Origin: a virus
IMG/VR virus record: IMGVR_UViG_3300032291_002123
Span: 38,066 to 102,065 of that record
DNA length: 64,000 bases
Reading direction: 5' to 3' (one strand)
The position numbers were made by a program, and so were the translations under genes. This document shows positions 18,551 through 28,245 of this stretch, in pieces. The number at the start of each line of letters is the position of its first letter. The stretch's first letter is position 1. Under the pieces are notes generated by a model. That model saw only the letters and a list, made by a program, of their open reading frames with translations, was not told the DNA's origin and searched no databases.

Positions 18551-18661
18551 AGTAAGCCTTTCTTTGTTTATTATTTTAGCAGATTATTCTGCGTGGAAAA
18601 TCCCCTACCCTTTACGACAGAGCCGAACTCTCGCTCGGCTTGTCGGTGGGTGGGTGTATCC

Positions 18662-18880
18662 TTACCCGAAAAGATTTTTCCAGCAGGGTGGGCAATACCC
18701 TGATTGGAAACGCTCACGCTGGTCGGCGGTGAGATTAGGGAAAGCGTTTTGTATCAACGCCCCCTGATTGTAATCGAACAGGTTCTTGGAACTGACCTCA
18801 ACCTGAATAGTTCCCTCACACTTAGGGCAAGGCTTAGAGGTTGCGAGATACTCGCCCTCTTTGATTTTCTCGAACTTCAT
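18662..18880 (-). CDS. Small zinc-binding hypothetical protein
   Basis: CPKC...IQNAFPNLTADQRERFQSGYCPPCW; AAGGAG RBS. Confidence 0.7.
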   Translation of the reverse strand: MKFEKIKEGEYLATSKPCPKCEGTIQVEVSSKNLFDYNQGALIQNAFPNLTADQRERFQSGYCPPCWKNLFG

Positions 18881-19042
18881 TTTGCTCTCCTTTTTATTTT
18901 CTAACTAAACACGAACTCGGTAAACTCGCCAAGCGAGATTTCGCCACGGATAAGTTGCCATAGCAAAAGTGTCTGCCTCTTTTTTCGTAGCGAACTGATA
19001 AGGCTGAACACCTTGACCACGAACCTCAATAACCCAAATCAT

Positions 19043-19531
19043 TTACACCAACTCCTGTTCATCTTGTAAAACCACAAGCGAGACCACGCCTCGCTCTTTG
19101 ATTGGGTAGAACCCATACTGACCACGAGCAAAGTGGTAGTAGACATTAGCCAACTTGTAGCCCTTGCTCTCGTAGAACTTTTGCTGTTTGCCGTAAGAAT
19201 TAGCAACCGAAACATTGACCCACGATACAGAACCATCTGGGTTGTTTACTCGCCACACCTTGCCATACTTGCCGTCTACAATTTTTGCGTCTACGACATT
19301 ACCCTCCAAGTCGAGCAAAGCGTTTTCGTAATCAACGCCGTGATTGCGAGCCAAGCGAGCCTCACGGATGTGTTCACGATACATACCCTCGTGATAAAAA
19401 GCGTAGCCGTCGTTATCCAAAATACGCTGTTTGTCTAACTCAACAGCGTGAGCGTTCTGCTCACACTCGACAGCGTGAGCCTCCCACTCTTGTGGCGAAA
19501 CTCCCTCACGATACCAAATCGAAACTGACAT
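19043..19531 (-). CDS. Hypothetical early protein
   Basis: Own hybrid promoter and GAAAGGAG RBS. Confidence 0.7.
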   Translation of the reverse strand: MSVSIWYREGVSPQEWEAHAVECEQNAHAVELDKQRILDNDGYAFYHEGMYREHIREARLARNHGVDYENALLDLEGNVVDAKIVDGKYGKVWRVNNPDGSVSWVNVSVANSYGKQQKFYESKGYKLANVYYHFARGQYGFYPIKERGVVSLVVLQDEQELV

Positions 19532-19583
19532 TTGTATCTCCTTTCACTAAAATAGTATCAAAGACTACTGACATTTGTCAAGT

Positions 19584-20033
19584 CTAAAAGCCATTGTTTT
19601 TCGCACAGACAGGGCCGATACCCTCGGCAACGCTCTTAGGGTCTGTCAGGAAAATACCGCAGACACAGCACATACCTGTTTCCATACCAAAAGCCTTAGC
19701 CTGTTCCAGCGACATTTTGTGTTCTGGTTTTAGGCGATAGATAGCCCCAGCCTCATACTCGAAACCGCCCTCTAATGCGTTCAGTTTCTTAGCGTAAAGA
19801 CGGCTACTCATTTTGCTCGGGTGAACTCGGTAGATGTCGCCGTTCGGCATACGATACATACCAACCTCGCCGACAATTCCAGCAGCCCGAGGTGCTTTTA
19901 GTAGCGAACCGATTAGGTCGCTAGCGTCTTTCGAGGTGAGAACCTCAAAGTTGATTTCCTCGCCATTGTAGACACGCTCGGTTAGGAGTTTCTCGATGAA
20001 CTCCACCTGTCGAACTGATACCTTGTTAGCCAT
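19584..20033 (-). CDS. DUF6011-like zinc-ribbon protein
   Basis: GMCCVCGIFLTDPKSVAEGIGPVCA C-terminus. Confidence 0.75.
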   Translation of the reverse strand: MANKVSVRQVEFIEKLLTERVYNGEEINFEVLTSKDASDLIGSLLKAPRAAGIVGEVGMYRMPNGDIYRVHPSKMSSRLYAKKLNALEGGFEYEAGAIYRLKPEHKMSLEQAKAFGMETGMCCVCGIFLTDPKSVAEGIGPVCAKNNGF

Positions 20034-20263
20034 TTGCTATCCTCTCTCTCTTACAACTAAAAGATAGCACACCCCCCTGACATTTGTCAATTCCTATTAG
20101 GCGTGTCGCTTATGTAATTATTTTGCCAGGCGGTTGCTAGGCTGCCTCGCTCAAAGGGTGGGGCTTTTTCCACGCAAAACCAGCCAAAAATAAAAGATAG
20201 TTAGCGTAAGTAATAAAAAAAGAACCTTGCCTCTCGGCAAAGTTCTTTTTCGTGTGGTTCGGT

Positions 20264-20497
20264 TTACTCCTGCGAAAGTCGCTCGTTCATTAGAGCCAAG
20301 ACCTGTCGGCTGTGAGCCAGCACTTCGGTAAGCCTCTCGACCTCGCTGTGTATTTTTAGGTCAATCACCTTTTGGGATAACTTGACCAATCCCTCCATAA
20401 TTTTTATCTGCTCTGCCATAGCCCATACGATAGCCTCTCGTGGTGCGTTGGCGATTGTGGTTTCCCACTCCTCAATCGAGGTTAGTTGTTTTGACAT
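20264..20497 (-). CDS. Hypothetical protein
   Basis: Start re-set to MSKQ after an AAGGAAG RBS; terminator at 20221-20250. Confidence 0.6.
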   Translation of the reverse strand: MSKQLTSIEEWETTIANAPREAIVWAMAEQIKIMEGLVKLSQKVIDLKIHSEVERLTEVLAHSRQVLALMNERLSQE

Positions 20498-20557
20498 AAC
20501 TTCCTTTGGTTGTTTCGGCAAGGGGGAGATGTTCTCAATCCCCCGAGCCAAGTTTTT

Positions 20558-20767
20558 TTATTTAGCGTTTGCCCAAGCAATCGCTTTGTTGATTAGAGGT
20601 AGGCAAGCCATAAAGACCAGCCAAGAGAAATACATCACGAGCAGGTTATCCCACACGCCAGCACTTCCCGGTTCCGCACCCAGAGCCATTAGCAATAGGT
20701 TTAGAACGACATAAGCCAGAAAAATTACAGGAAAGAAAATCGTTCCTCGAACTAATCGCTTTATCAT
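20558..20767 (-). CDS. Small two-TM membrane protein
   Basis: Two hydrophobic segments; GAAAGGA RBS. Confidence 0.65.
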   Translation of the reverse strand: MIKRLVRGTIFFPVIFLAYVVLNLLLMALGAEPGSAGVWDNLLVMYFSWLVFMACLPLINKAIAWANAK

Positions 20768-20813
20768 TTTTGTCCTTTCGACATTTCTAAGGTATCAAAC
20801 CACTCGGCTTTTG

Positions 20814-21098
20814 TCAAGCGTTGTAGTAAGACCAATTTCGGTGGATTTCCTCTTGCTCGTATTCACGAATACATCTCGCACAATGTTGCTCGTCGTCTTT
20901 CGTGCTGAAAGCAATTTCCTCACCGCAGTTCGCACAGCCCATTTCGGTAGGCGTAGGTTCGTGAGGTGCGTTTCCGTCTGCCTCCTCACAGATTGTTTCG
21001 TCGCCCCACACCTTGTCGCTAATCCAAATGCTCGGCGATACTTCTGTGATTACCTCTCCACAATGTAGGCACTCGTTTTTCTTGGTCATAGTTATCAT
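20814..21098 (-). CDS. Cys-rich hypothetical protein
   Basis: Several CxxC pairs; own TGTCAG-N10-TACCTT promoter. Confidence 0.6.
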   Translation of the reverse strand: MITMTKKNECLHCGEVITEVSPSIWISDKVWGDETICEEADGNAPHEPTPTEMGCANCGEEIAFSTKDDEQHCARCIREYEQEEIHRNWSYYNA

Positions 21099-21119
21099 CT
21101 CCTAATTTCTAAGGTAGCA

Positions 21120-21401
21120 CTACCTACTGACATACTCGGTTTCCAATACTTCTGTTAGTAGTCGGTCATAGTCGTATTCACCCAAACGGAAACCAGCCTC
21201 GACAATAATCTCTGCCAACTTCACGCCCAAGCCATCTGCGACAGATTGGATTACTTCGCTCGACATCTCTTTTACGCCACGCTCTACTTCGCTTAGGTAG
21301 CCGATAGAGACATTTGATTTGGCGGATAGTTGTCTTAGTGTCCAGCCTCTCTGCGTTCGTAGGTCTCGAACTACATCACCTACGGCAACTCGCAACATCA
21401 C
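21120..21401 (-). CDS. clgR: ClgR-like XRE-family transcriptional regulator
   Basis: LRVAVGDVVRDLRTQRGWTLRQLS....VSIGYLSEVERGVKEMSSEV closely follows the actinobacterial ClgR consensus (LRE.IGDVLR..R..QGRTLREVS..ARVSLGYLSEVERGRKE.SSE). Confidence 0.7.
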   Translation of the reverse strand: MMLRVAVGDVVRDLRTQRGWTLRQLSAKSNVSIGYLSEVERGVKEMSSEVIQSVADGLGVKLAEIIVEAGFRLGEYDYDRLLTEVLETEYVSR

Positions 21402-21805
21402 GACCAAACACCAGCCAAATACTTTTCGGCGGCTAGGTTTGCCTTTTCAGCAAAATCGATTGCCACATCTAGTTCGTGAAAAGGTTCGCTGAACCACTCG
21501 GTATCTGTTTCGTGTAGAACTACGAACCAAGAATTATTTACCCAACAAAAAACTTCCTCGTCTTTGCCAGACCAATCGCTAAGTTCCTTGTCGGTCTTGA
21601 TACCGAACTCCTCTAACTTATCGGTGTAGCGGATTACTTCGTCGTGTCCATTTTTATTCACAGCGTTGATACGCATTTCACCCTCACGATAAACCGCAAA
21701 AGGATTGTCCTCGCTTGACCACACCAATTCAGTTCCAACTTCGTTGGTGTAGAACGCACTATCCTGTCGCTTTGGGTCAGTTCCGTATTTCGTCAGTTTT
21801 GTCAT
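21398..21805 (-). CDS. Hypothetical protein
   Basis: AAGGAG RBS; translationally coupled to the ClgR-like gene. Confidence 0.65.
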   Translation of the reverse strand: MTKLTKYGTDPKRQDSAFYTNEVGTELVWSSEDNPFAVYREGEMRINAVNKNGHDEVIRYTDKLEEFGIKTDKELSDWSGKDEEVFCWVNNSWFVVLHETDTEWFSEPFHELDVAIDFAEKANLAAEKYLAGVWS

Positions 21806-21991
21806 TTTGTTTTTTCTCCTTATAGATAGAACTTGTCGTCAAACTTTTGCGAGGATAAAAGTCGAAACTCCACTAACTTTTTTCCATTTAGTTTTGACCG
21901 AACGATTTTTTTCTCTGCGTGTTTCTGCGTGTTGGCGATAAGCGATACTTGTCGTATTCGTGGAACGCCGATGATTTCGTAGGTGTAGAGG

Positions 21992-22270
21992 TTAGCCACT
22001 ATTGATACCCCTCTCGGTGAAAATCTCCAAGTGATAGTTCTCCAAGAGGATTGACGCAGGGGCTTGGTTAGAGCCAGCAACGCTGTATCCACTCGGCAAC
22101 TCAATCAACGCCTCTGGGTTGCCAGCGATAGTTTCCTCAACTGCTTTTAGGCAAGCAGGGTAGAGAACCTCGTTGATTGGCTCATAGAAATTGGTTGATA
22201 GGTGTAGCGAGATTTTCTTGTCTAATGGCAAATCGCTAGTTGCTATGCCTATGGCATTTATCAATCCCAT
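21992..22270 (-). CDS. Hypothetical protein
   Basis: GAAAGGA RBS; HL..NFY.PI...C..A...HL motif. Confidence 0.65.
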   Translation of the reverse strand: MGLINAIGIATSDLPLDKKISLHLSTNFYEPINEVLYPACLKAVEETIAGNPEALIELPSGYSVAGSNQAPASILLENYHLEIFTERGINSG

Positions 22271-22318
22271 AATTGTCCTTTCGTCTTTTTCATCTCTTAC
22301 CTAATTAGGTTATCAGGT

Positions 22319-22537
22319 TTATTGCTCTGTGTCAATCTCGGTAGAGTTCGGCACTTGTCCTACAAAGGTCAGCATAGGACCTGCGTAGGTTGGGTCGTTC
22401 ACGAGGTTCGAGAAATACGACACGAGTTCCTTAGAACTCTCTGCCACAAACTTGACGGCACTCGCCTCGTCTGTGATTGTGCCAGACTTCTCGACCTCGA
22501 ATACGAACTCGACATTTACTTTGTAAGTTTCAGCCAT
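22319..22537 (-). CDS. Hypothetical protein
   Basis: Co-oriented, RBS. Confidence 0.6.
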   Translation of the reverse strand: MAETYKVNVEFVFEVEKSGTITDEASAVKFVAESSKELVSYFSNLVNDPTYAGPMLTFVGQVPNSTEIDTEQ

Positions 22538-22580
22538 TTTATTTCCTGCTTTCAGTTGGTTCTATTTTACACCAACTGCC

Positions 22581-23063
22581 TTATGTGATTAGTGAGTTTA
22601 GGTGAATACGAGCATCAAGGTAGATGTCCTCGTTTTCTCCTTCTCCAACGCTCTCCCACTCCTCGCTTTCCTTGTTCCAAACATCAGCACTACCAAACAA
22701 AGCCTCTGCTCTGTCGTCGTCTAGGAAAGTAATAGTTGGCTTGCCGTTGTTCATCTCTACCGCAACCACGAAATAAACCTGCTTGGTGTCTGGGAAATCC
22801 ATACCAAACAGACTTTCGAGGCTGTCGTATTGGTCAAGATTTTCATCAAGCCACTCCTCGAACTCCTTGGTGTATTCGGTATCGGTGATTAGCCAATTAC
22901 CATCATTGTAAGAATTATCCTTGCTCAATTCCAGCCATTGTTTAGTTCCTCGCCAGAGGAACGCAACACTTCGCTTTTGATTGTCGGCGTAGTCCTCAAC
23001 GCTTTTGATTTCTACATCTGGGATAAATGCGTTGTTGGGTGTTGCGTAAATGTCGTATGTCAT
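22581..23063 (-). CDS. Acidic hypothetical protein
   Basis: AAGGAG RBS; coupled to the upstream ORF. Confidence 0.65.
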   Translation of the reverse strand: MTYDIYATPNNAFIPDVEIKSVEDYADNQKRSVAFLWRGTKQWLELSKDNSYNDGNWLITDTEYTKEFEEWLDENLDQYDSLESLFGMDFPDTKQVYFVVAVEMNNGKPTITFLDDDRAEALFGSADVWNKESEEWESVGEGENEDIYLDARIHLNSLIT

Positions 23064-23257
23064 CAGTACTCCTTCTGTTCGATTGTTTCCGTGCCACCAA
23101 GAAACTCGAAGTCGTCTTGGTCGTGTTTTAGTAGAACCATACCGAAATCGGCTAGGTCAGCATTTCCAAAGAAAATGTGGAAGTGATTGAGAGCAACTCG
23201 TGGGTCGTCTGCCTCAACTTCATACTGCTCTGTTTTTGTAATTACAAATGTCGCCAT
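23063..23257 (-). CDS. Hypothetical protein
   Basis: GAAAGGA RBS with a TTGACT promoter upstream. Confidence 0.6.
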   Translation of the reverse strand: MATFVITKTEQYEVEADDPRVALNHFHIFFGNADLADFGMVLLKHDQDDFEFLGGTETIEQKEY

Positions 23258-23317
23258 TGTTATCGTGTCCTTTCCTTGACATTTCTAGGTTAGCAAATTA
23301 TGTGCGATAAGTCAATC

Positions 23318-23590
23318 TTATTTACGGCGTGGTCTGCCACGACCAGCCTTGATGTTTCGGCAGATTATCTCGGCTCGTGGTGCGAACCACTTGTCGAGTT
23401 CCTCTGGGTCAAAGAGAATAACATTGTTAGTAGTTCGAGCGACTTCCTTTGGTCTGGTAGTCGAGTTCTCGTCATAGTTCACAAAGTAGAGAACTCTCGC
23501 AGCACTAATGTCGTATTTCTTGGCGAGGTCTTTGTAAGACCAGAGTTGCTTTCCATCTAGGAAATAAGTAATTCGTTTTTCGAGTTTCAT
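23318..23590 (-). CDS. Small basic DNA-binding protein (winged-HTH/excisionase-like)
   Basis: WSYKDLAKKYDISAARV...LFDPEELDKWF...GRGRPRRK; hybrid promoter and RBS. Confidence 0.55.
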   Translation of the reverse strand: MKLEKRITYFLDGKQLWSYKDLAKKYDISAARVLYFVNYDENSTTRPKEVARTTNNVILFDPEELDKWFAPRAEIICRNIKAGRGRPRRK

Positions 23591-23738
23591 TTGTATCCTT
23601 TCTACATTACAGAGTATGCCACACACCCCTGACATTTGTCAAACTCAAAGGGTAGCGAGTTTTCCACGCAAATCCACGCAAAAAAAATAAAGCATAAAAA
23701 AGCACCCCGACTTTCGTCGGGGTGGGAAGCGACTTATC

Positions 23739-24062
23739 TCACTTTACGAGAGAAATAAAGTCGTAAGGGTTCTCATACGAAGCGGCTTCAAACGCTTCTG
23801 GGAACGCACTTTTCAGCACATCACGCTTCAAATCGACACGGCTTCTGCGCTCAATCTTGAACGCTGGAACACCGCCGACATTAGCGAACTCCGCTTTTCC
23901 AATCGCAGAACGGAGAACCTGTTCAGCAACAGCCTTGCGAGCCTTTGCTTCCTTTTCCGCATTTGCGGCTTCGGCAAAGTCAGCAATCGCCTTGCGAACT
24001 TCGGGGTTGAACCCAACTTCAACCGAACTTCCTGGAACAAAAGCAACTAATACTTTCGACAT
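23739..24062 (-). CDS. Hypothetical protein, paralog of 29227-29550
   Basis: Start re-set to MSKV after a GAAAGGAG RBS; 107 aa, collinear with the paralog. Confidence 0.8.
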   Translation of the reverse strand: MSKVLVAFVPGSSVEVGFNPEVRKAIADFAEAANAEKEAKARKAVAEQVLRSAIGKAEFANVGGVPAFKIERRSRVDLKRDVLKSAFPEAFEAASYENPYDFISLVK

Positions 24063-24390
24063 CTTTATCAACTCCTTTCCGTGGGACCCCCACATTTTTA
24101 TTATGTCATAGACCCCTGACATTAGTCAAGTCTATCGCTCGTTGTCTTTTGCGACAGCGATTTGGATTTCGATTAGGGCTTCCTCGGCGTTTATCTCTCG
24201 TGCTTCAAATCGGTCAAGGATTGCCACAAACTCGGCAGCAAGTAGTTCGTTCATTTTTCATCACCTCTCTTACAAAGAAAGTATCGCACCACCCCCTGAC
24301 ATAAACAATTTTTAGAAGGGTAAGGGATTTTCCACGCAAATCCAGGCAAAAAAGAAACCCCGTGCTTTCACACGGGGCTTCCTTTTGTGG

Positions 24391-24996
24391 CTAGTTCGTC
24401 TGTTCTATCAGCCGAACAAATGTTGCGGTGCTGTGTCGAAACGACGGGTCATCGAGCGAGATTATGGAAGTGCTTGTGCCTTTCCTAAATCCTGCGTGTA
24501 TGACCTTGTTATCTCCAATGTAGATAGACGAGTGATAGTAGGACTTCGACCCTTTGTAGCCGAATACCACTATGTCGCCAATCGCCGGGGTTCTCACCTT
24601 TGTTCCCGAATTGCCTTGCTTATTGGCTGAGTGTTCCACAGGAACTCCCAACTGCCCATAAGCCCAATAGACCATACCCGAGCAATCCCAGCCCTGCGGT
24701 GTGTGTCCTGAAAATACATACCAAGTCTTTCCAACTCGGCTTTTCAGTTGTTTCACCACAGACAGAACTCTTTCGGTATTGTCTGCTAGTCGCTCTGCTC
24801 TCCGCACTTCCAACTCCAACAATGTCTGTGGGTGTTTTGGTTTGTCAAACAGATTGGCTAGATTTACTTGCTTATGAGCAACAGGAGTTTCCATACTCCT
24901 TGTCGCTCTGTCGCTTGCGCTCGCATTTTCTCCATACGGAAAACTTCCCGTAGTCATAGAGATAATGACAAGTCCTATTGCTAGCAACCATTTCAT
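24391..24996 (-). CDS. Secreted NlpC/P60 (C40) cell-wall peptidase
   Basis: Signal peptide; YVFSG.TPQGWDCSG...GDIVVF...HSSIYIGDNKVIHA. Confidence 0.9.
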   Translation of the reverse strand: MKWLLAIGLVIISMTTGSFPYGENASASDRATRSMETPVAHKQVNLANLFDKPKHPQTLLELEVRRAERLADNTERVLSVVKQLKSRVGKTWYVFSGHTPQGWDCSGMVYWAYGQLGVPVEHSANKQGNSGTKVRTPAIGDIVVFGYKGSKSYYHSSIYIGDNKVIHAGFRKGTSTSIISLDDPSFRHSTATFVRLIEQTN

Positions 24997-25208
24997 AGTC
25001 AGCCTACCTTTCCTTGCGTTAGTACTTGGCTGTGTTTTGTCTTGGTTCTCCCAAATCGGTATTCAGTTGTGTTCCAATTCTACACCCAAAACGACTTGAC
25101 AAACAAGATAGTATGTGAAAGATTGTCGTCCTGGAACATTGGCTAAATTGCGTGGAAAATAAAGCACCCTTGTAAAAATCACCCCCGAGCGTGTGTCGGG
25201 GGTTGGGG

Positions 25209-25406
25209 TTATACTTCTTTTTCTTTTTTGATTTTTTCGATTGTCTTTTCCAATCCGTGTTTCTCAATCTCACGGAGAACATAATCAACTCCGTCGTTCC
25301 AACCCTGACAAAACATTTCATAGTTCTTTTGTCGTACTGGGTCTGCGTATAGCGGTATGGTTTTCTTTTCGCTCACTTGTCTATTCCTTTCACTTTTAGT
25401 ATCCAA
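25209..25406 (-). CDS. Hypothetical protein
   Basis: Co-oriented; true start probably the GTG near 25376. Confidence 0.5.
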   Translation of the reverse strand: MDTKSERNRQVSEKKTIPLYADPVRQKNYEMFCQGWNDGVDYVLREIEKHGLEKTIEKIKKEKEV

Positions 25407-25594
25407 TCAAGCACTTCGCCAAAGAAATACCTTTGGGGGCTTGGTATCGGTAATGGCTTTGGAAAGCCGGGGTCGTCTTTGTATTTCAGTAGAAAACTCG
25501 GCGACACTTTTACGGCGTAGAACTTCCTTGTGTAATGAGCAATCAAGTTCAGGCTCATAAGAGTTCCACGCCACTCGTCGTTTGGTTTTTCCAT
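25373..25594 (-). CDS. AlpA/excisionase-like small DNA-binding protein
   Basis: DPGFPKPL...RYFFGEVLDWI pattern. Confidence 0.45.
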   Translation of the reverse strand: MEKPNDEWRGTLMSLNLIAHYTRKFYAVKVSPSFLLKYKDDPGFPKPLPIPSPQRYFFGEVLDWILKVKGIDK

Positions 25595-26038
25595 TGGAAA
25601 CCAACTCCTAACTAACTACTGAAAACGAACTTTATTTACGAACTGCTTTGCGAAAGCAACGAACTTCTTGACCAACTTCTCGCCGAACTCGTAAACCTTG
25701 TCGCCGGGAGATTTGTAGAAACCAACTTCTGCTTGTTCAGCAGCCAAGAACTCAGCACCAGAGCGATAAACACCCATAACCAATCACCACCTTTCCCTTA
25801 CATACAAAGTATGACATAGACCTACGACATTTGTCAAGTCCTGAGCAAACTATTTTTCCGTGTCGTTTCGGCGCTCGCTTATACCACCACCCCCTGACAT
25901 CAACTAATCTGTCGCATAAGAAATAACCCCACTAAGTAATTTCCGGGCAGCGGCGTGCGTGCGTGGAAAATTGGCTACCCTTTCCAAATCGGCAAAAAAA
26001 AACCGAGCGATTTCTCGCTCGGCTCTTTTACTTCCTCT

Positions 26039-26257
26039 TTACGAGGAACTCGTCAGTTCGTTTTGTGCGTAAGTTTTCAGCACGGCGGCAATCGCCTCGT
26101 CGTTTGTATCGCCCCAACTATCGCAAATCAAGTCCAGCGCCTCGTCGTAAATGGTCGCACGGAACTCTGTTCCCTTTCCCTCGGAAACATCATCAACGAT
26201 AATCCTCAGCGTAAAGTCGCTCGTGATTTCATCTCGGTAGGTTGTTTGTTCTGTCAT
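26039..26257 (-). CDS. Hypothetical protein
   Basis: AAGGAG RBS; terminator at 26001-26030. Confidence 0.6.
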   Translation of the reverse strand: MTEQTTYRDEITSDFTLRIIVDDVSEGKGTEFRATIYDEALDLICDSWGDTNDEAIAAVLKTYAQNELTSSS

Positions 26258-26258
26258 T

Positions 26259-27104
26259 TTATTCTCCTTTACTTGCTTTGTATTTTGCTACTTCTCTTTC
26301 ATACTGCGAAACCTTTTTCGCAATCTTTGGTTCAGCCTCGGCACGAACTTCATCAACCGAAAGATTTTTCTTTTTCGCAATCGCAGCGAGAACTCGAACG
26401 AAATCTAATTTCCTGTTTTCGTTTTTCTCGGCTTGCCAAGTTCTCTCTGGGTCAAAGGTCGCAATCTCAAAACCAGCATTGACCAACCAAATCTCCGCAG
26501 AGCGCAAAGTGTTGATTGGCTCTCGGTAATCTCCAAAGCCGTAAACTTTGAGAGGGTTTCCGTCAAGGTCTTTGATACCTTTGAGTTCCCGTGCTTCATC
26601 ACGCACACGCTTTGCTTCATCACGCACACGCTTTGCCTCGACAAGTTCTGGGTCGGCAATCACACAAGGGCGATACTTGTAATCAACGGGGGCGTTCGGG
26701 AAACAAACAGAGCAAGCCATTTCCCCAGCGTCTTTCACAATCTTGTCCTCATCAGCGCCAGAGTATTCGGTGAGCCACAAGAACTGAGTGGTTGGGTAGC
26801 AAGTGCCACAATTCATAGTTGAGTGGATGTGTCCATTACCATTACGCACGAGAAACGCTCTTGACCAGCCCTCGTATTTCTTTTCCAACTCGGCAATCTC
26901 GTTTATCAACTTATCGAACTGCGGAGATAACTCGGCAATCTTTTCCTCGTTGCTAACGATAATCTTGTCGTAGTAAGAGTATGCGCTCTTACGGAAACGC
27001 TGGTTCTGCTCGGTGAGGTTTTGGATTTCGTAGAACACTCGGCTCTTTTGTTCCCACGCTTTCGCTAGGGCGGTATCCACTTCTATTGGATTTACTGTAT
27101 ACAT
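26259..27104 (-). CDS. Hypothetical coiled-coil/zinc-binding early protein
   Basis: GHIHSTMNCGTC...CSVCFPNAP; perfect TGTCGG-N10-TACCTT promoter and GAAAGGAG RBS before the ATG at 27104. Confidence 0.75.
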   Translation of the reverse strand: MYTVNPIEVDTALAKAWEQKSRVFYEIQNLTEQNQRFRKSAYSYYDKIIVSNEEKIAELSPQFDKLINEIAELEKKYEGWSRAFLVRNGNGHIHSTMNCGTCYPTTQFLWLTEYSGADEDKIVKDAGEMACSVCFPNAPVDYKYRPCVIADPELVEAKRVRDEAKRVRDEARELKGIKDLDGNPLKVYGFGDYREPINTLRSAEIWLVNAGFEIATFDPERTWQAEKNENRKLDFVRVLAAIAKKKNLSVDEVRAEAEPKIAKKVSQYEREVAKYKASKGE

Positions 27105-27518
27105 TACAACTCCTTTCCTACATCTATAAGGTAGCACTAGCCCCCGACATTTGTCAAGTTTATTCCCAATCTTTTTTAGCGTTTCGCTTTACTGATTGGC
27201 GAGTTTTTAGTCGGCGAGTTCTCCTATCGGCGTGAGTTCCATTAGCACCCGAACGATTACGCTCTCGCAACAGAACGGATAGGGCGAACGCCTCGACATT
27301 ACGCCGAGCCAAGTTTGTTCGGTTCAGTTTCATCTCTCTCTCCTTTCACTTTTAGAATACAGCATACCTCTGACATCTGTCAATGTCCAAAGGGTAGCCC
27401 TTTTTCCACGCAAATCACGCTAAAAAAATAAGCGACCTGGTATCGCATAAGACTTTCTGTTTGTCAAGTCGGCAAGAAAAAAGCCGAGATTTCTCTCGGC
27501 TCTCTCTGTCGGTATCGC

Positions 27519-27767
27519 TTAGACAATCTCAAAGGTGAGGTCGTCGAGCAAGCCAGCGAAGTCTGGGTGGCTCTCCTGCCACTCCTGAAACTCCTCCATT
27601 TCCTCCCTAGTCCATTTACCCTCTGGGTCAATGGCAATCACCTCGTAGCCCTCTCCCTCGGCGTAGGCAAACTTGTAGTAAAAGTCCTTGCCCTTATAGG
27701 TCGCAATTCCTTTTCTTGTCCAAGCGTTAGTTTCCTCGCTCACGCTGACGATTTTGATTTCGCTCAT
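27519..27767 (-). CDS. Hypothetical protein
   Basis: Translationally coupled; AGGAG RBS. Confidence 0.6.
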   Translation of the reverse strand: MSEIKIVSVSEETNAWTRKGIATYKGKDFYYKFAYAEGEGYEVIAIDPEGKWTREEMEEFQEWQESHPDFAGLLDDLTFEIV

Positions 27768-27955
27768 AGGTATTCTCCTGTTTTCTCTACTGTGATTTCT
27801 AGAACATCAAGCGTTCCAATGTCTATGCCGTCGTAGGCTAGTTTGTCCTCGGCTTGACCTATCGGCAACTCGTCGTTCTCCTCTGCCACATAAGCCAGCG
27901 TGGTTATAGAGCAATTCTCTAACGAGAACCGCACTTCGTATTCGTGGGTTGTCAT
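27764..27955 (-). CDS. Hypothetical protein
   Basis: ATGA overlaps on both sides. Confidence 0.6.
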   Translation of the reverse strand: MTTHEYEVRFSLENCSITTLAYVAEENDELPIGQAEDKLAYDGIDIGTLDVLEITVEKTGEYL

Positions 27956-28245
27956 TCCTTCTCCTCTGCTAGTTTGTCGGTTTCGGCAAGCAAGCGATAC
28001 TGCTCTGCCACATCATTCGGGTCGGCAACTTCGGTAGCACCGCACTCCTCGCACTCGTTTAGGTTTCGGTCTGTCCAAAGAACCCAAGTGTGATACTCGC
28101 ACTCTTGGTCGTAGTCCAGCAGAACCTCTTGGCAATCTCCGCACTCAACGGCAACATTCACTGGGTCGCTTGGGTCGCCGTAAGTATTGACACTCACTTT
28201 ATGACCAGCGTGAGCAACCAATTCCGCAAAATTATTTACGCTCAT
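27952..28245 (-). CDS. Zinc-binding hypothetical protein
   Basis: HAGHKV...NVAVECGDCQEVL...CEECG; own promoter. Confidence 0.65.
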   Translation of the reverse strand: MSVNNFAELVAHAGHKVSVNTYGDPSDPVNVAVECGDCQEVLLDYDQECEYHTWVLWTDRNLNECEECGATEVADPNDVAEQYRLLAETDKLAEEKE

